A stretch of DNA of 45,391 nt from Solirubrobacterales bacterium (GCA_036561205.1 DATBPT010000059.1:1-45391), one strand, 5' to 3'. Numbered from the stretch's first letter, positions 8,801 to 16,752 are shown. Translations and numbers: made by a program. The notes: a model not told the origin generated them from the letters alone.

Positions 8801-9180
8801 TCTCGCAGCTGCACCAGCTTCGCGGCCGGGTCGGGCGCGGCGAGCACGAGAGCCAGTGCATCCTCTTCGCCGACCTCGAGGGCCAGTTCGCGAAGCGCCG
8901 GATGGAGGCGATCGAAGGCAGCAGCGATGGCTTCGAGCTGGCCGAGGTCGACCTGGTCCTGCGCGGCGAGGGCGAGATCCTGGGCACGCTCCAGCACGGT
9001 CTGCCGCGCTACCGCGTCGCCGAGCTGCCCGAGGACGCCGAGCTGCTGGCGGCGGCGCGGGCCGAGGTCCTGGCGCTGCTGGAGCGATACGGAAGCCTCG
9101 ACGTTCCCGATCTCGGGCCCTTGCTCGACGCCGCCCGCGCCCGCTTCGGCGACGAGCGGGTCGAAGGGATCGCGGCTTGA
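5806..9180 (+). CDS. recG: ATP-dependent DNA helicase RecG precursor, interrupted by an in-frame intein
   Basis: 1124-aa ORF with a wedge/OB region at the N-terminus. The Walker A motif is split: LLMGEVGSGK | 400 aa | TVVAVYAM. DEQH box (IVDEQHRFGV), motifs TATPIPRTL and QLHQLRGRVGRG, and a C-terminal RecG tail are present. Exteins sum to 724 aa, a normal RecG size. The GTG start at 5806 is the most upstream candidate and is uncertain. Confidence 0.95.
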   Translation: MSIPRAIGTGEEQDRKSLRGAELRSLPRPSRLATPISSLKGAGPKLTAAAAAIGIETLEDLLWHVPHGHRDRAGVREVADLRIGEEATVMVSVRSARVRPTRRRNLRLVEAAVSDSSGPMKAVWFNQAYLAERLQPGTRLLLNGKLDRSGFRVATHEIVAGGGPAPAKAGLHTTGIVPVHNATRELSANRLREWIWQAVGRAGDAIESLPAELRVRRRLASQSDALRCAHFPDSPEQGTMARDRLAFEELCLHQAALAMRRGARRDARPGIAFEPAGELVAGWLDSLPFEPTAGQLGAFDEIDADLAAGRPMQRLLMGEVGSGKAQPLDALVLTPCGFRTMGSLEVGDAVTAPDGTAAEVAGVFPQGVRDVWRVSFSDGTSAECDADHLWEVQTSSARWRGDARKVMTLREIAADMLRPSGSPKWHVELPVAADLDGAGPRPLDPYLLGLLLGDGGLSIPDRVRFSSADGELVEAVRQLIPDGCRLRREATRQYDWLVMGARLAVDKAALRRARRGDRVSLAAAYDGGASCEMIGERIGLGPGTVRYHLLRHGVRMRTPHRSINVVRQALDSLGLMGKRSAAKSVPRPYLVAPVIDRHALLQGLLDTDGTLDAKSGSNVSFTSASRQLAEDVAWLVRSLGGRARCRSVTKAGGEYWTTSVALPNEYPPFRLRRKARLVRPRTKYAHPAKGIVAVEPVGRKRVQCIAITHPSQLYITDGFTITHNTVVAVYAMLRALEAGRQAAMMAPTETLAEQHAATLDALLAPIEGMAIPFALLTGATPPARRRETLGRLASGELGLVVGTHALIEPDVRFGGLAVCIVDEQHRFGVRQRAALDAKGPGEAAPHVLHMTATPIPRTLSLTAYGDLDATTIRELPAGRRPVKTWVVGEEKRAGAYEFIRERLREGRQAYVVCPLVADSEKLRAKAAGAEAERLRAGELADFRIGLLHGQMSSREKAEAMDEFVAGRTDVLVATTVIEVGIDVSNATVMLIEGAERFGLSQLHQLRGRVGRGEHESQCILFADLEGQFAKRRMEAIEGSSDGFELAEVDLVLRGEGEILGTLQHGLPRYRVAELPEDAELLAAARAEVLALLERYGSLDVPDLGPLLDAARARFGDERVEGIAA
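6778..7977 (+). mobile_element. Intein (400 aa) with LAGLIDADG homing-endonuclease domain, inserted in the RecG P-loop
   Basis: Block A-like AQPLDALVLTPCGFRTMGSLEVGD follows GSGK directly. Block B is GTSAECDADHLW. The LAGLIDADG motifs are YLLGLLLGDGGL and LLQGLLDTDGTL. Block F is RVQCIAITH and block G is GFTITHN, followed by +1 Thr, which restores GSGKT. A/T content is visibly higher than in the flanks: 34/60 G+C in 7021-7080 versus 48/60 in 8161-8220, hand counted. Confidence 0.9.
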
Positions 9181-9713
9181 GGGTCACCGGCGGGCGCCTC
9201 GGCGGCCGCACGTTGCTGTCGCCGCCGGCGCGCTCGCGCGACGTTCGCCCGACCTCCGATCGCGCTCGCGAGACCCTGTTCTCGGTCCTTGGCGACGTCT
9301 CCGACCTCAGCGTCCTCGACCTCTTCTGCGGCACCGGGGCACTGGCGATCGAGGCGATCTCGCGCGGCGCCGACTCGGCCGTGCTCGTCGATCGGGCACC
9401 GGCGCTGGCGCGGCGCAACGCCGAGGCGCTCGGAGTAGCGAACCGCTGCGAGCTCGTCCGCGCCGACGCCGTCCGATACCTGGAGCGCAGCGAGGAGCGC
9501 TTCGGGCTCGTCTTCTGCGACCCGCCCTATAAACTCGCCGCCCGCCTTGAGCCGGAGCTCGCGAAACACCTGCCCCCGCGTCTCGCCAGGTACGCCCGCC
9601 TCGTGGTCGAGAGCTCGGCGCGCCGCCCGCTCGAGATCGAAGTGCCGAAGCTGCAGGCGGTCGACGAGCGGCGGATCGGCGAGGCGTTGATCAGAATTTA
9701 CGAGAGCAGATGA
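9177..9713 (+). CDS. rsmD: 16S rRNA (guanine966-N2)-methyltransferase RsmD
   Basis: A TTG at 9177 overlaps the recG TGA. LRVTGGRLGGRTLLSPP...RPTSDRARETLFSVL...LDLFCGTGALAIEAISRGA...FCDPPY is the RsmD signature. The upstream 918 nt of track ORF 8259.. is an Arg/Gly-rich alternate frame of recG and was rejected. Confidence 0.85.
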   Translation: MRVTGGRLGGRTLLSPPARSRDVRPTSDRARETLFSVLGDVSDLSVLDLFCGTGALAIEAISRGADSAVLVDRAPALARRNAEALGVANRCELVRADAVRYLERSEERFGLVFCDPPYKLAARLEPELAKHLPPRLARYARLVVESSARRPLEIEVPKLQAVDERRIGEALIRIYESR

Positions 9714-10210
9714 ACGGGAGCGCAAAGATCGCCGTCTGCCCGGGTAGCTACGACCCGGTCACCAATGGCCATTTGGACATCATCGGCCGCACCTCGCGCG
9801 TCTTCGACAAGGTGATCGTCGGCGTCGTCGGCCAGGGGATCCGCAAGTCGAAGTCGCTGTTCAGCGCCGAGGAACGGCGCGACTTCCTGGTCGAGGCGAC
9901 GGCGGACCTGGACAACGTCGAGATCGAGATCTTCACCAACCTGGTCGTCGACTTCGCCCGCGAGCACGGCGCCAGCGTGATCGTCAAGGGCATCCGCGCG
10001 ATCTCCGACTTCGAGTACGAGCTCGAGATGAACCAGCTCAACCGCAAGCTGGCGCCGGAGATCGAATCGGTGTACGTGTTCGCCTCGCCGGACTACAGCT
10101 TCCTCTCTTCGACCGGGGTCAAGGAGATGGCGACCTTCGGCGCCGACATCGGCGACCTCGTCCCGGCGCCCGTGGCCGCGGCACTCAAGCAGCGCGCCCA
10201 GCGCGACTAG
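9710..10210 (+). CDS. coaD: Phosphopantetheine adenylyltransferase
   Basis: 166 aa. AVCPGSYDPVTNGHLDIIGR (HxGH nucleotidyltransferase motif) and ...VKGIRAISDFEYELEMNQLN. ATGA overlap with rsmD. Confidence 0.95.
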   Translation: MNGSAKIAVCPGSYDPVTNGHLDIIGRTSRVFDKVIVGVVGQGIRKSKSLFSAEERRDFLVEATADLDNVEIEIFTNLVVDFAREHGASVIVKGIRAISDFEYELEMNQLNRKLAPEIESVYVFASPDYSFLSSTGVKEMATFGADIGDLVPAPVAAALKQRAQRD

Positions 10211-10307
10211 CGCCCCACCGCGCCTGGGCAGGAGCTTGCAACGGGGCGCCGAAAACCGCCTCTAGCGGCCGATCCGTGCACGGCCGCGTAAGCTTCCACG
10301 ACCGTTT

Positions 10308-10775
10308 ATGGACGTCCTGGTCCTGATTGACAAACTCGACGACCTGATCCACAACGCGCGGCCCGTGCCGCTCACGGATCAGGTTCGCGTCGATCGCGAG
10401 GAGATCTACGATCTGCTCGACCAGATGCGTGCGACGATCCCCGAGGAGATCAAGCAGGCGCGCTGGATCGTCAAGGAGCGCCAGGAGATGCTCGCCGAGG
10501 CAAAGCGCGAAGCGGAACGGGTGGTCAAGGAGGCGCGCGAGCAGTCCGAGCGGCTGATCTCCGACGAGGAGGTCTACAAGCAGGCGGAGCGCGCGGCCGA
10601 GGAGATCATCGAGGACGCCCGCGAGACCGAGCGCCAGATCCGCCTCGGGGCCGAGGACTACGCCGACGAGATCCTCTCCACGCTCGAGGTCAACCTCGAG
10701 AAGTTCCTCTCCGCCGTGCAGCGCGGCCGCGACCGGCTCGCCGGCCGCGACGAAGAGCCGGTCGAGGTTCAATAA
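10308..10775 (+). CDS. Coiled-coil protein of unknown function (E/R/A-rich, ATP synthase b / V-ATPase G-like heptad region)
   Basis: 155 aa. The N-terminal DVLVLIDKLDDLIHNARPVPLTDQVRVDREEIYDLLDQMR is followed by a long charged helix (EIKQARWIVKERQEMLAEAKREAERVVKEAREQSERL...). No catalytic motif was seen. Confidence 0.7.
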   Translation: MDVLVLIDKLDDLIHNARPVPLTDQVRVDREEIYDLLDQMRATIPEEIKQARWIVKERQEMLAEAKREAERVVKEAREQSERLISDEEVYKQAERAAEEIIEDARETERQIRLGAEDYADEILSTLEVNLEKFLSAVQRGRDRLAGRDEEPVEVQ

Positions 10776-10826
10776 CCCGGGCGTCCGCGACTAGGCTCCG
10801 CTCGAACGACGAGCGGAGGTGAGACC

Positions 10827-11543
10827 GTGCCCGAACGGTGGTTCTCGGACGATCAGCTGGCGGAGATGTCGCGGCCGACGATGGAGCGGGCAATCGAGGC
10901 GATCGAGGACGGAGATCCCGAGCGCGCGAAGCAGCTCTGCGAGGCGATGAAGTGGGAGTCGCAGTTCATGCACGACCTGCTCGTCGACGGGGTCGCCGGC
11001 TTGATCTCGTTCGTGCAGGAGAAGCTCGGCGACGCCGGCGTCGAGGAGGCCTGGGAGTACTCGCTCGAGCGCAGCTGGCGCAAACCGGTGGAGACGATCG
11101 ACAAGCTCGACCGGAAGACGGTCGCCGAGGCGCTGGCGGCGACCTGGCGCGCCCACTCGACCAGCGGCGTCGGCCCGAACCCGGGCGCCTTCGTGATCGA
11201 GGAGGACGAAGAGAAGCTCACCTTCACGATGAACCCGTGCGGCTCGGGTCAGCGCCTGTGGCGCAACCGCCGCTACGGGCCCGAGGGCTGGGGCGTCACC
11301 GACGAGGCGCACGACTGGAGCTACGGCCGCGAAGGCTTCCCCCTCTACTGCACCCATTGCGCGTTCATGAACGAGACCCTGCCGATCCGCTGGATCGGCC
11401 ACCCCGTCTATCCCTCCGACCCGCCCGAGGACTTCGATCGCGATCCCTGCACCTGGTACTGGTACAAGGACCCGGCCGAGATCCCCGAGCGCCACTTCTC
11501 GCGCCATCGACTGGCGCGCCCGGAAGCCGAGAGTGACGGCTGA
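10827..11543 (+). CDS. Hypothetical Cys-motif protein (putative metal-binding), 238 aa
   Basis: It has balanced composition, unlike the Arg/Gly-rich competing frame 10838..11536. The four Cys lie in NPCGSGQR (SEC-C-like PCGSG), YCTHCAF (CxxC) and DPCTWYWY. GTG start. Confidence 0.7.
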   Translation: MPERWFSDDQLAEMSRPTMERAIEAIEDGDPERAKQLCEAMKWESQFMHDLLVDGVAGLISFVQEKLGDAGVEEAWEYSLERSWRKPVETIDKLDRKTVAEALAATWRAHSTSGVGPNPGAFVIEEDEEKLTFTMNPCGSGQRLWRNRRYGPEGWGVTDEAHDWSYGREGFPLYCTHCAFMNETLPIRWIGHPVYPSDPPEDFDRDPCTWYWYKDPAEIPERHFSRHRLARPEAESDG

Positions 11544-12519
11544 GGCACCGGACGTATCCCGGGTTCGCGAGGTCCTGGCCGAGGTCGGCGAGGACCCCGG
11601 CGAGCTCGAGCTCGCGCCGATCGAGGGCGGCGCCTCGCGGCAGACGTTCGTGGTCGAGGCCGGCGGTGAGCCGCGCTTCGTGCTCCGGCGTGAGCCCGCC
11701 GAAGGGATGTCATTTGCATCGCTCGCGCTCGAGCTGCGCGCGATTGCCGCCGCCGATCTGGCCGGTGTCCCGGTCGCCCGGACGGTTGCCGCCGAACCCG
11801 CGGGCGGGCGCTTCGGCGACGGCGCCGGTTACCTGATGGAGTTCGTCGCCGGGACGTCCGTTGCTCCCCGGGTCCTGCGCCGCGACGAGCTCACGACCGC
11901 CCGCGAACGACTGCCCGCACAGCTCGCCTCGGCGCTGGCGCAGGTCCACTCGGTGGCCGCCGACGAGGTCGAAGGCCTCGCCGGTGGCAGCGACCCCGCG
12001 CTCGCTGCCTGCGAGCTGTGGGAGCGCGCTCTGGACGAGATCGGCGAGCCGTTGCCCGGGGTCGAGGCGGGGCTGCGGTGGCTGCGACTGAACGCGCCGC
12101 CGGCCGCGCCCGCAACTCTGGTTCATGGCGACTTCCGGCTCGGCAACCTGATCGTCGACGAGCACGGGCTTGCGGCGGTGATCGACTGGGAGCTCTGCCA
12201 CGCCGGCGACCCGGTCGAGGATCTCGCCTGGCTGACGATCCGCTCGTGGCGGTTCGGCAACGACGACCTGCCGGTCGCGGGAGTGGGGGAGATCGAGCCC
12301 TTCCTCGCCGCCTATGAGGCCGCCGGCGGAACGCGGCCCGAGCCCGAGCGGCTGCGCTGGTGGGAGGCGATGGGCAACGTCAAGTGGGCGGTGATCTGCG
12401 CCCGCCAGGCGCACGACCACCTCACCGGTGCGCGGCCCAGCGCCGAACTGGCCTCCCTCGGCCGCCGGATCTGCGAGCCGGAGTGGGACCTGCTCCAGCT
12501 TCTCTCGGAGAGCGCCTGA
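11533..12519 (+). CDS. Phosphotransferase (aminoglycoside phosphotransferase/APH-like kinase) family protein
   Basis: 328 aa. The catalytic loop and metal site LVHGDFRLGNLIVDEHGLAAVIDWELCHAGDPVEDLAW are typical of the APH/choline-kinase fold. It overlaps the preceding gene by 11 nt. Confidence 0.85.
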   Translation: MTAEAPDVSRVREVLAEVGEDPGELELAPIEGGASRQTFVVEAGGEPRFVLRREPAEGMSFASLALELRAIAAADLAGVPVARTVAAEPAGGRFGDGAGYLMEFVAGTSVAPRVLRRDELTTARERLPAQLASALAQVHSVAADEVEGLAGGSDPALAACELWERALDEIGEPLPGVEAGLRWLRLNAPPAAPATLVHGDFRLGNLIVDEHGLAAVIDWELCHAGDPVEDLAWLTIRSWRFGNDDLPVAGVGEIEPFLAAYEAAGGTRPEPERLRWWEAMGNVKWAVICARQAHDHLTGARPSAELASLGRRICEPEWDLLQLLSESA

Positions 12520-12896
12520 TGCAGGACCGGCCGACCGCCCCCGAGCTGCTCGACGCGATGGCGGCGCAGCTGTTCACCGAGGTCCGCGAATGGGTGCCGC
12601 GCGAACGCCGCTTCCAGATCCTCGTGCTCGCCAACCTCTGCTCCGTGATCGCCCGCGAGTTGCGGGCGGGGGAGGCGCCGTCGCTGGAGGACACACGGCT
12701 GTTCGTGGACCTGCTCGGGGAGGAGGGCGGCGCCGACCCGCGCGGCGCGGCCGAGCTGCTCGCGCGGCGAATCAGGGCCGGAGAGCTCGACGAGCGGCTC
12801 GATCGGACGATCGACCGCCTGCGCGACCACGCCCGCCGCAAGCTCGAGATCGCGCGCCCGGGCTACGCGGACGCGGGACCGGGCGGGGGCTCGTGA
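12519..12896 (+). CDS. Small helical protein of the kind that habitually follows APH-like kinases (DUF6285-like, name tentative)
   Basis: 125 aa from the internal ATG at 12519, which overlaps the kinase TGA. Sequence MQDRPTAPELLDAMAAQLFTEV...FQILVLANLCSVIARELRAG. Confidence 0.6.
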   Translation: MQDRPTAPELLDAMAAQLFTEVREWVPRERRFQILVLANLCSVIARELRAGEAPSLEDTRLFVDLLGEEGGADPRGAAELLARRIRAGELDERLDRTIDRLRDHARRKLEIARPGYADAGPGGGS

Positions 12897-13336
12897 CCGA
12901 ACGGCCGGTCGCACACGGCAGGCTGTTCACCGTCGGGCTCGTGATCGCCGTGGTCGCCGGTGTCGCGATCTCCCTGGCGATGACGCTGTTTCAGGTCATC
13001 CATTGCACCGACGGCGACGGCGGCGCGCCGTACGTGGCGGGCGACTCGCCGCAGGCGGATGTCTGCGGCGCGAGCGGCGACGGCCTCCTGCTGCTGCCGC
13101 TGGCGCTGATCCTGGTCGCCGGCGCCGCGCTGCTCGCCCGGCGCGCGTTCGCGAAGCCGGCCGGAGACGGCGGGCGGACGGTGGCCGTGGTCGCCGCCCT
13201 GCTGCTCGCCCCGGCGCTGCCCTTGCTCGCCCTGCTGCTGATCAACGCGCCCGCGGACGTCTGCTCGGACGAGCAGCTGGCCGCAAACGACGCCGCCGCC
13301 CCCGGCGAGGCGCCCTATTCGTGCGATCACTACTGA
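12893..13336 (+). CDS. Predicted membrane protein, about 3 TM segments, four Cys in loop regions
   Basis: 147 aa from the GTG at 12893, which overlaps the previous TGA. Hydrophobic segments are LFTVGLVIAVVAGVAISLAMTLF, LLLLPLALILVAGAALLA and VAVVAALLLAPALPLLALLLI. The Cys sit in HCTDGDGG, DVCGASGD, DVCSDEQ and YSCDHY. Confidence 0.55.
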   Translation: MTERPVAHGRLFTVGLVIAVVAGVAISLAMTLFQVIHCTDGDGGAPYVAGDSPQADVCGASGDGLLLLPLALILVAGAALLARRAFAKPAGDGGRTVAVVAALLLAPALPLLALLLINAPADVCSDEQLAANDAAAPGEAPYSCDHY

Positions 13337-13339
13337 ACG

Positions 13340-13894
13340 CTAGTCGTACGTCGCCCGGATGACCGCCAGGTCGTCGGCCTCCCAGACGACCTCGCCGCCG
13401 CACCACTCGGCCTGCTCGGCGGCGGAGTCGGGGAAGTCGAATCCCTCGGTGAGCGAGGCGACCCGGTGCTCGGGGGCGACCTCGACCACGTCGCCGATCA
13501 CCAGCGACCGGGCCTCGGTGCGCACTCGCCGAAACAGATCCTGCTTGCCCTCGCGGTCGAGGTGGTGGACCGAGAGCACCGCGATCACCAGATCCCAGGG
13601 CCCGTCCGGAAGCGGGTCCTCCATACGCCCGAGCCGCATCTCCTCCCAGCCGAGCTGACGCGCCTTGAAGACCATCTCCGGGGTCGAGTCGAGCCCGGTG
13701 ATCCGGGTCTCGGGGAAATGGTCGAGGAGTCGCTGCGTGGTCTCCGCGGTACCGAAGCCGAGCTCGAGCACGCGCTTGGGCGCGAACGGGATCGCCTCGA
13801 TCGTTCGCCGCTGGAGCTCGTCGTAGCGGGGGATGTCCGCGCGGATCATCTCCGCGTAGGTCTCGGGGGTGAAGTGGAACTGGGCGCCGGGCAT
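13340..13894 (-). CDS. Class I SAM-dependent methyltransferase
   Basis: 184 aa. Motif I is RVLELGFGTAETT, followed by ITGLDSTPEMV and DLVIAVLSVHHL. Confidence 0.8.
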   Translation of the reverse strand: MPGAQFHFTPETYAEMIRADIPRYDELQRRTIEAIPFAPKRVLELGFGTAETTQRLLDHFPETRITGLDSTPEMVFKARQLGWEEMRLGRMEDPLPDGPWDLVIAVLSVHHLDREGKQDLFRRVRTEARSLVIGDVVEVAPEHRVASLTEGFDFPDSAAEQAEWCGGEVVWEADDLAVIRATYD

Positions 13895-13937
13895 GGTTTG
13901 AAGGCTGATCTCGCTCGCTACTCTCGAAATCGATCGA

Positions 13938-14450
13938 ATGGCGGCTTATACAACCATCGAACTGGCTCGGATTGCGCCCAGCCCCGGAGACGGCCGGCGG
14001 CTCGAGCTGGCGCTCGACCCCGGCGGGGTCGTGCTCGGCGGTCACACCTATGAGATCTCCCCGCCGCTGGTCAACGGGCGGCTCGAGGTCTCACGCACCG
14101 CGGCGGGCTATGCCCTGCGCCTCGCTTTCGCCGGCGAGATCGCCGGGCCCTGCATGCGCTGCCTCGCCGAGGCCCGGGCGCCGCTCGAGGTCGAGTCGCG
14201 CGAGGTCGACCAGCCGGGCACCGACGACGAGGAGCTGCGCAGCCCCTACGTCACCGAGGGCGAGCTCGACCTCGGCGCCTGGGCCCACGACGCGCTCGTG
14301 CTCGCGATGCCGCAGCGGCTGCTCTGCCGCCCCGATTGCGCCGGTCTCTGCGCGGTCTGCGGCAAGTCGCTCAACGACGTCGAGCCGGGCGCCCACGACC
14401 ACCCTCGCGACCCGGACCCGAGATGGGCCAAGCTCCGAGAGTTGCAGTAG
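13938..14450 (+). CDS. yceD: YceD/DUF177 family protein (large-subunit rRNA accumulation protein)
   Basis: 170 aa. CMRCL...CRPDCAGLCAVCGKSLN is the YceD Cys cluster. It lies immediately upstream of rpmF, as is usual. Confidence 0.9.
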   Translation: MAAYTTIELARIAPSPGDGRRLELALDPGGVVLGGHTYEISPPLVNGRLEVSRTAAGYALRLAFAGEIAGPCMRCLAEARAPLEVESREVDQPGTDDEELRSPYVTEGELDLGAWAHDALVLAMPQRLLCRPDCAGLCAVCGKSLNDVEPGAHDHPRDPDPRWAKLRELQ

Positions 14451-14468
14451 CTACCATTCCGCGTCGCC

Positions 14469-14678
14469 ATGGCCGTCCCGAAGAAGCGAACCTCCTCGCA
14501 GCGCCGAGACAAGCGGCGCGCCACCCACACCGCGGCGAAGCCGCGCCTGAACGAGTGCCCGCGCTGTCACAGCCCGCGCCTGCCCCACCGCGTCTGTCCG
14601 GTCTGCGGTACCTACGCCGGGCGCGAGGTGATCTCGCACGAGATCGGCGAAGCCGACTCGCCGGGCGCTCCGGAGTAA
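14469..14678 (+). CDS. rpmF: 50S ribosomal protein L32
   Basis: MAVPKKRTSSQRRDKRRATH...CPRCHSPRLPHRVCPVCGTY is a typical zinc-ribbon L32. Confidence 0.95.
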   Translation: MAVPKKRTSSQRRDKRRATHTAAKPRLNECPRCHSPRLPHRVCPVCGTYAGREVISHEIGEADSPGAPE

Positions 14679-14682
14679 CTCC

Positions 14683-15711
14683 GTGACAACGGTCGCGCTC
14701 GATGGGCGCGGGGCCGAGCAGGGGTCCGAGGCGATCGTCGCCGGCGCCCGCGCCGCCGCCGCCGACGGGATCGGCGTCCGCGTCTTCGGCGACCCGGCCG
14801 CCCTCGGCGAGCTCGCCGCCGTTGCCAGGGTCGAGCTGATCGAGGCCGCGGGTGAGATCAGCAACGACGAGGACCCGGTCGGAGCCGTTCGCGAGACCGC
14901 CGATGCCTCGATCGTGCGCGCCGCCGCCGACGTCGCCGAGGGCCGCTCCGAGGCGCTCGCCAGCGCCGGCCCCACCGGAGCGACGATGACCGCGGCGCTG
15001 TTCGCGCTGCGGCGCATGCACGGGGTTCGCCGCCCGGCGCTCGCGGTGCAGCTCGTCGTTCCCGGCCGCGACCAGCCGCCGAGCCTGCTGCTCGACGTCG
15101 GCGCCAACACCGAGGTGCGAGCCAGCGACCTGGTCCAGTTCGCCTACCTCGGGGCCGCTTTCAGCCGCGCCGTCCTCGGCGTCGACTCGCCCCGCGTCGC
15201 CCTGCTCTCGGTCGGCGAGGAGTCGAAGAAGGGCACCCAGGACGTCGTCGATGCGCACGCCGAGCTCAGCGGGGCCGGCGAAATCGACTTCCGCGGCAAT
15301 GTCGAGGGCCGGGACCTGCTCGGTGACGTGGCCGACGTGATCGTCACCGACGGGTTCACCGGCAACGTCGCCCTGAAGACGATCGAGGGCACCGCGCGGA
15401 CCGTCGCCGCCGCGGCCGGCGCCGCCGCACGCTCGAACCCGCTGGCGGCCGTCGGCGGGCTGTTGATGAAGCCGGCGCTCGGCGGCCTGCGCCGTCAGAT
15501 GGACCCAGACACCACCGGCGGCGCGATCCTGCTCGGCCTGCGGGGGGTCGCCGTGGTCGGCCACGGGAGCTCGGGCCCGGACGGGATCGCGAACGCGATC
15601 CGGCTCGCCGCACGGGCGGTCGAGGTCGGCGCGGTTGAGCGCACCGCAGAGCTGCTCGACCGCTCTGGGACTACAAGAGCCGCAATGCGTGATAGGAAGG
15701 AGGCGCAATGA
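14683..15711 (+). CDS. plsX: Phosphate acyltransferase PlsX
   Basis: 342 aa. VTDGFTGNVALKTIEG and ...GGAILLGLRGVAVVGHGSS are PlsX signatures. It occupies the conserved rpmF-plsX position. GTG start. Confidence 0.9.
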   Translation: MTTVALDGRGAEQGSEAIVAGARAAAADGIGVRVFGDPAALGELAAVARVELIEAAGEISNDEDPVGAVRETADASIVRAAADVAEGRSEALASAGPTGATMTAALFALRRMHGVRRPALAVQLVVPGRDQPPSLLLDVGANTEVRASDLVQFAYLGAAFSRAVLGVDSPRVALLSVGEESKKGTQDVVDAHAELSGAGEIDFRGNVEGRDLLGDVADVIVTDGFTGNVALKTIEGTARTVAAAAGAAARSNPLAAVGGLLMKPALGGLRRQMDPDTTGGAILLGLRGVAVVGHGSSGPDGIANAIRLAARAVEVGAVERTAELLDRSGTTRAAMRDRKEAQ

Positions 15712-15959
15712 CGCTGAACCGCGATCAGGTGATGGAGAAGGTGCGCGAGCATCTGGCGACCGAGTTCGAGCTCGATGCCGCGGTGATCACGGACGAGACC
15801 AGGTTCAAGGAGGATCTCGACGCCGACTCGCTCGACCTCTACGAGCTGGTGATGGAGCTCGAGGACTCATACGGGGTCTCGGTCTCGCGTGAGGAGACCG
15901 CGAAGATCACCACCGTCGGCGACGCAGTCGACTTCGTCATCGAGCGACTGCCCGCGTAA
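15708..15959 (+). CDS. acpP: Acyl carrier protein
   Basis: 83 aa with the phosphopantetheine attachment motif DLDADSLDLYELVMELED. ATGA overlap with plsX. Confidence 0.95.
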   Translation: MTLNRDQVMEKVREHLATEFELDAAVITDETRFKEDLDADSLDLYELVMELEDSYGVSVSREETAKITTVGDAVDFVIERLPA

Positions 15960-15962
15960 GCG

Positions 15963-16697
15963 ATGGCGCGCGGAATTCGCAGGCTCGGTCTGGGGGGCCG
16001 AAGCCGCCGCACGCTCGAGGAACGCGAGCCCGAGTCGCTCCAGGACCTGCTCGACGCGCTGCCGCTGACCCTGCGCCGCCAGGCGCTCACGCATTCGTCC
16101 TGGGTCGACCACCGCGCCGACTCCTACGGGCGTCTCGCCTTCCTCGGCGACAGCGTGCTCGGGCTGGCGATCGCCGAGCACCTGTTCAGCCGCTATCCGC
16201 GCGCGGACATCGGCCGGCTGACGAAGATGCACGGCCAGGCCGTCAGCGGCCGCGCCTGCGCCGAGGTCGCGATCGAGCTCGGGGTCCCGGAGCTGCTCCG
16301 CGAAGCGGCCCCGGAGAGGGTCGAGGGCGGGATCGAGGTCGATGCCCTGCTGGCCTCCGAACGAGCGCTGGCCTCGGTCTGCGAGGCCGTGATCGGCGCC
16401 TGCTACATGCATCACGGGTTCGAGGTCACCAGCCGGGCGACGGTGGCGGCGTTCAGGAACGAGATCGAGATCGCGTCGGAGCGCCTGCTCGACTTCAAGT
16501 CGGCGCTGCAGGAGCGCCTCGCCCGCGAGGGAGCCCGCGTAAGGTACGAGGTCACCGGCGAGTCCGGGCCGCCGCACGACCGGGTCTTCGAGGTCGCCGC
16601 GAGCGTCAGCGGCGAGGTCGTCGGTCACGGTTCCGGACGTTCGAAGAAGGCGGCGGAGCAGGCGGCGGCAGAGCGGGCGATGGAAGCGCTCGCCTAG
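15963..16697 (+). CDS. rnc: Ribonuclease III
   Basis: 244 aa. RNase III signature LTHSSW...ERLAFLGDSVLGLAIAEHLF. The C-terminal dsRBD ends GSGRSKKAAEQAAAERAMEAL. Confidence 0.93.
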   Translation: MARGIRRLGLGGRSRRTLEEREPESLQDLLDALPLTLRRQALTHSSWVDHRADSYGRLAFLGDSVLGLAIAEHLFSRYPRADIGRLTKMHGQAVSGRACAEVAIELGVPELLREAAPERVEGGIEVDALLASERALASVCEAVIGACYMHHGFEVTSRATVAAFRNEIEIASERLLDFKSALQERLAREGARVRYEVTGESGPPHDRVFEVAASVSGEVVGHGSGRSKKAAEQAAAERAMEALA

Positions 16698-16752
16698 CTG
16701 CGGAATTGTCGTCCGGCCCGCCCGCGAGGCTTCCCGGAGCGCCCCCACACGC

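Noticed and set aside
8259-9176. Upstream 306 codons of the 484-aa track ORF that ends as rsmD
   Set aside because: This part is an Arg/Gly/Ala-rich alternate frame of recG. RsmD homology begins only at the TTG at 9177, which overlaps the recG stop.
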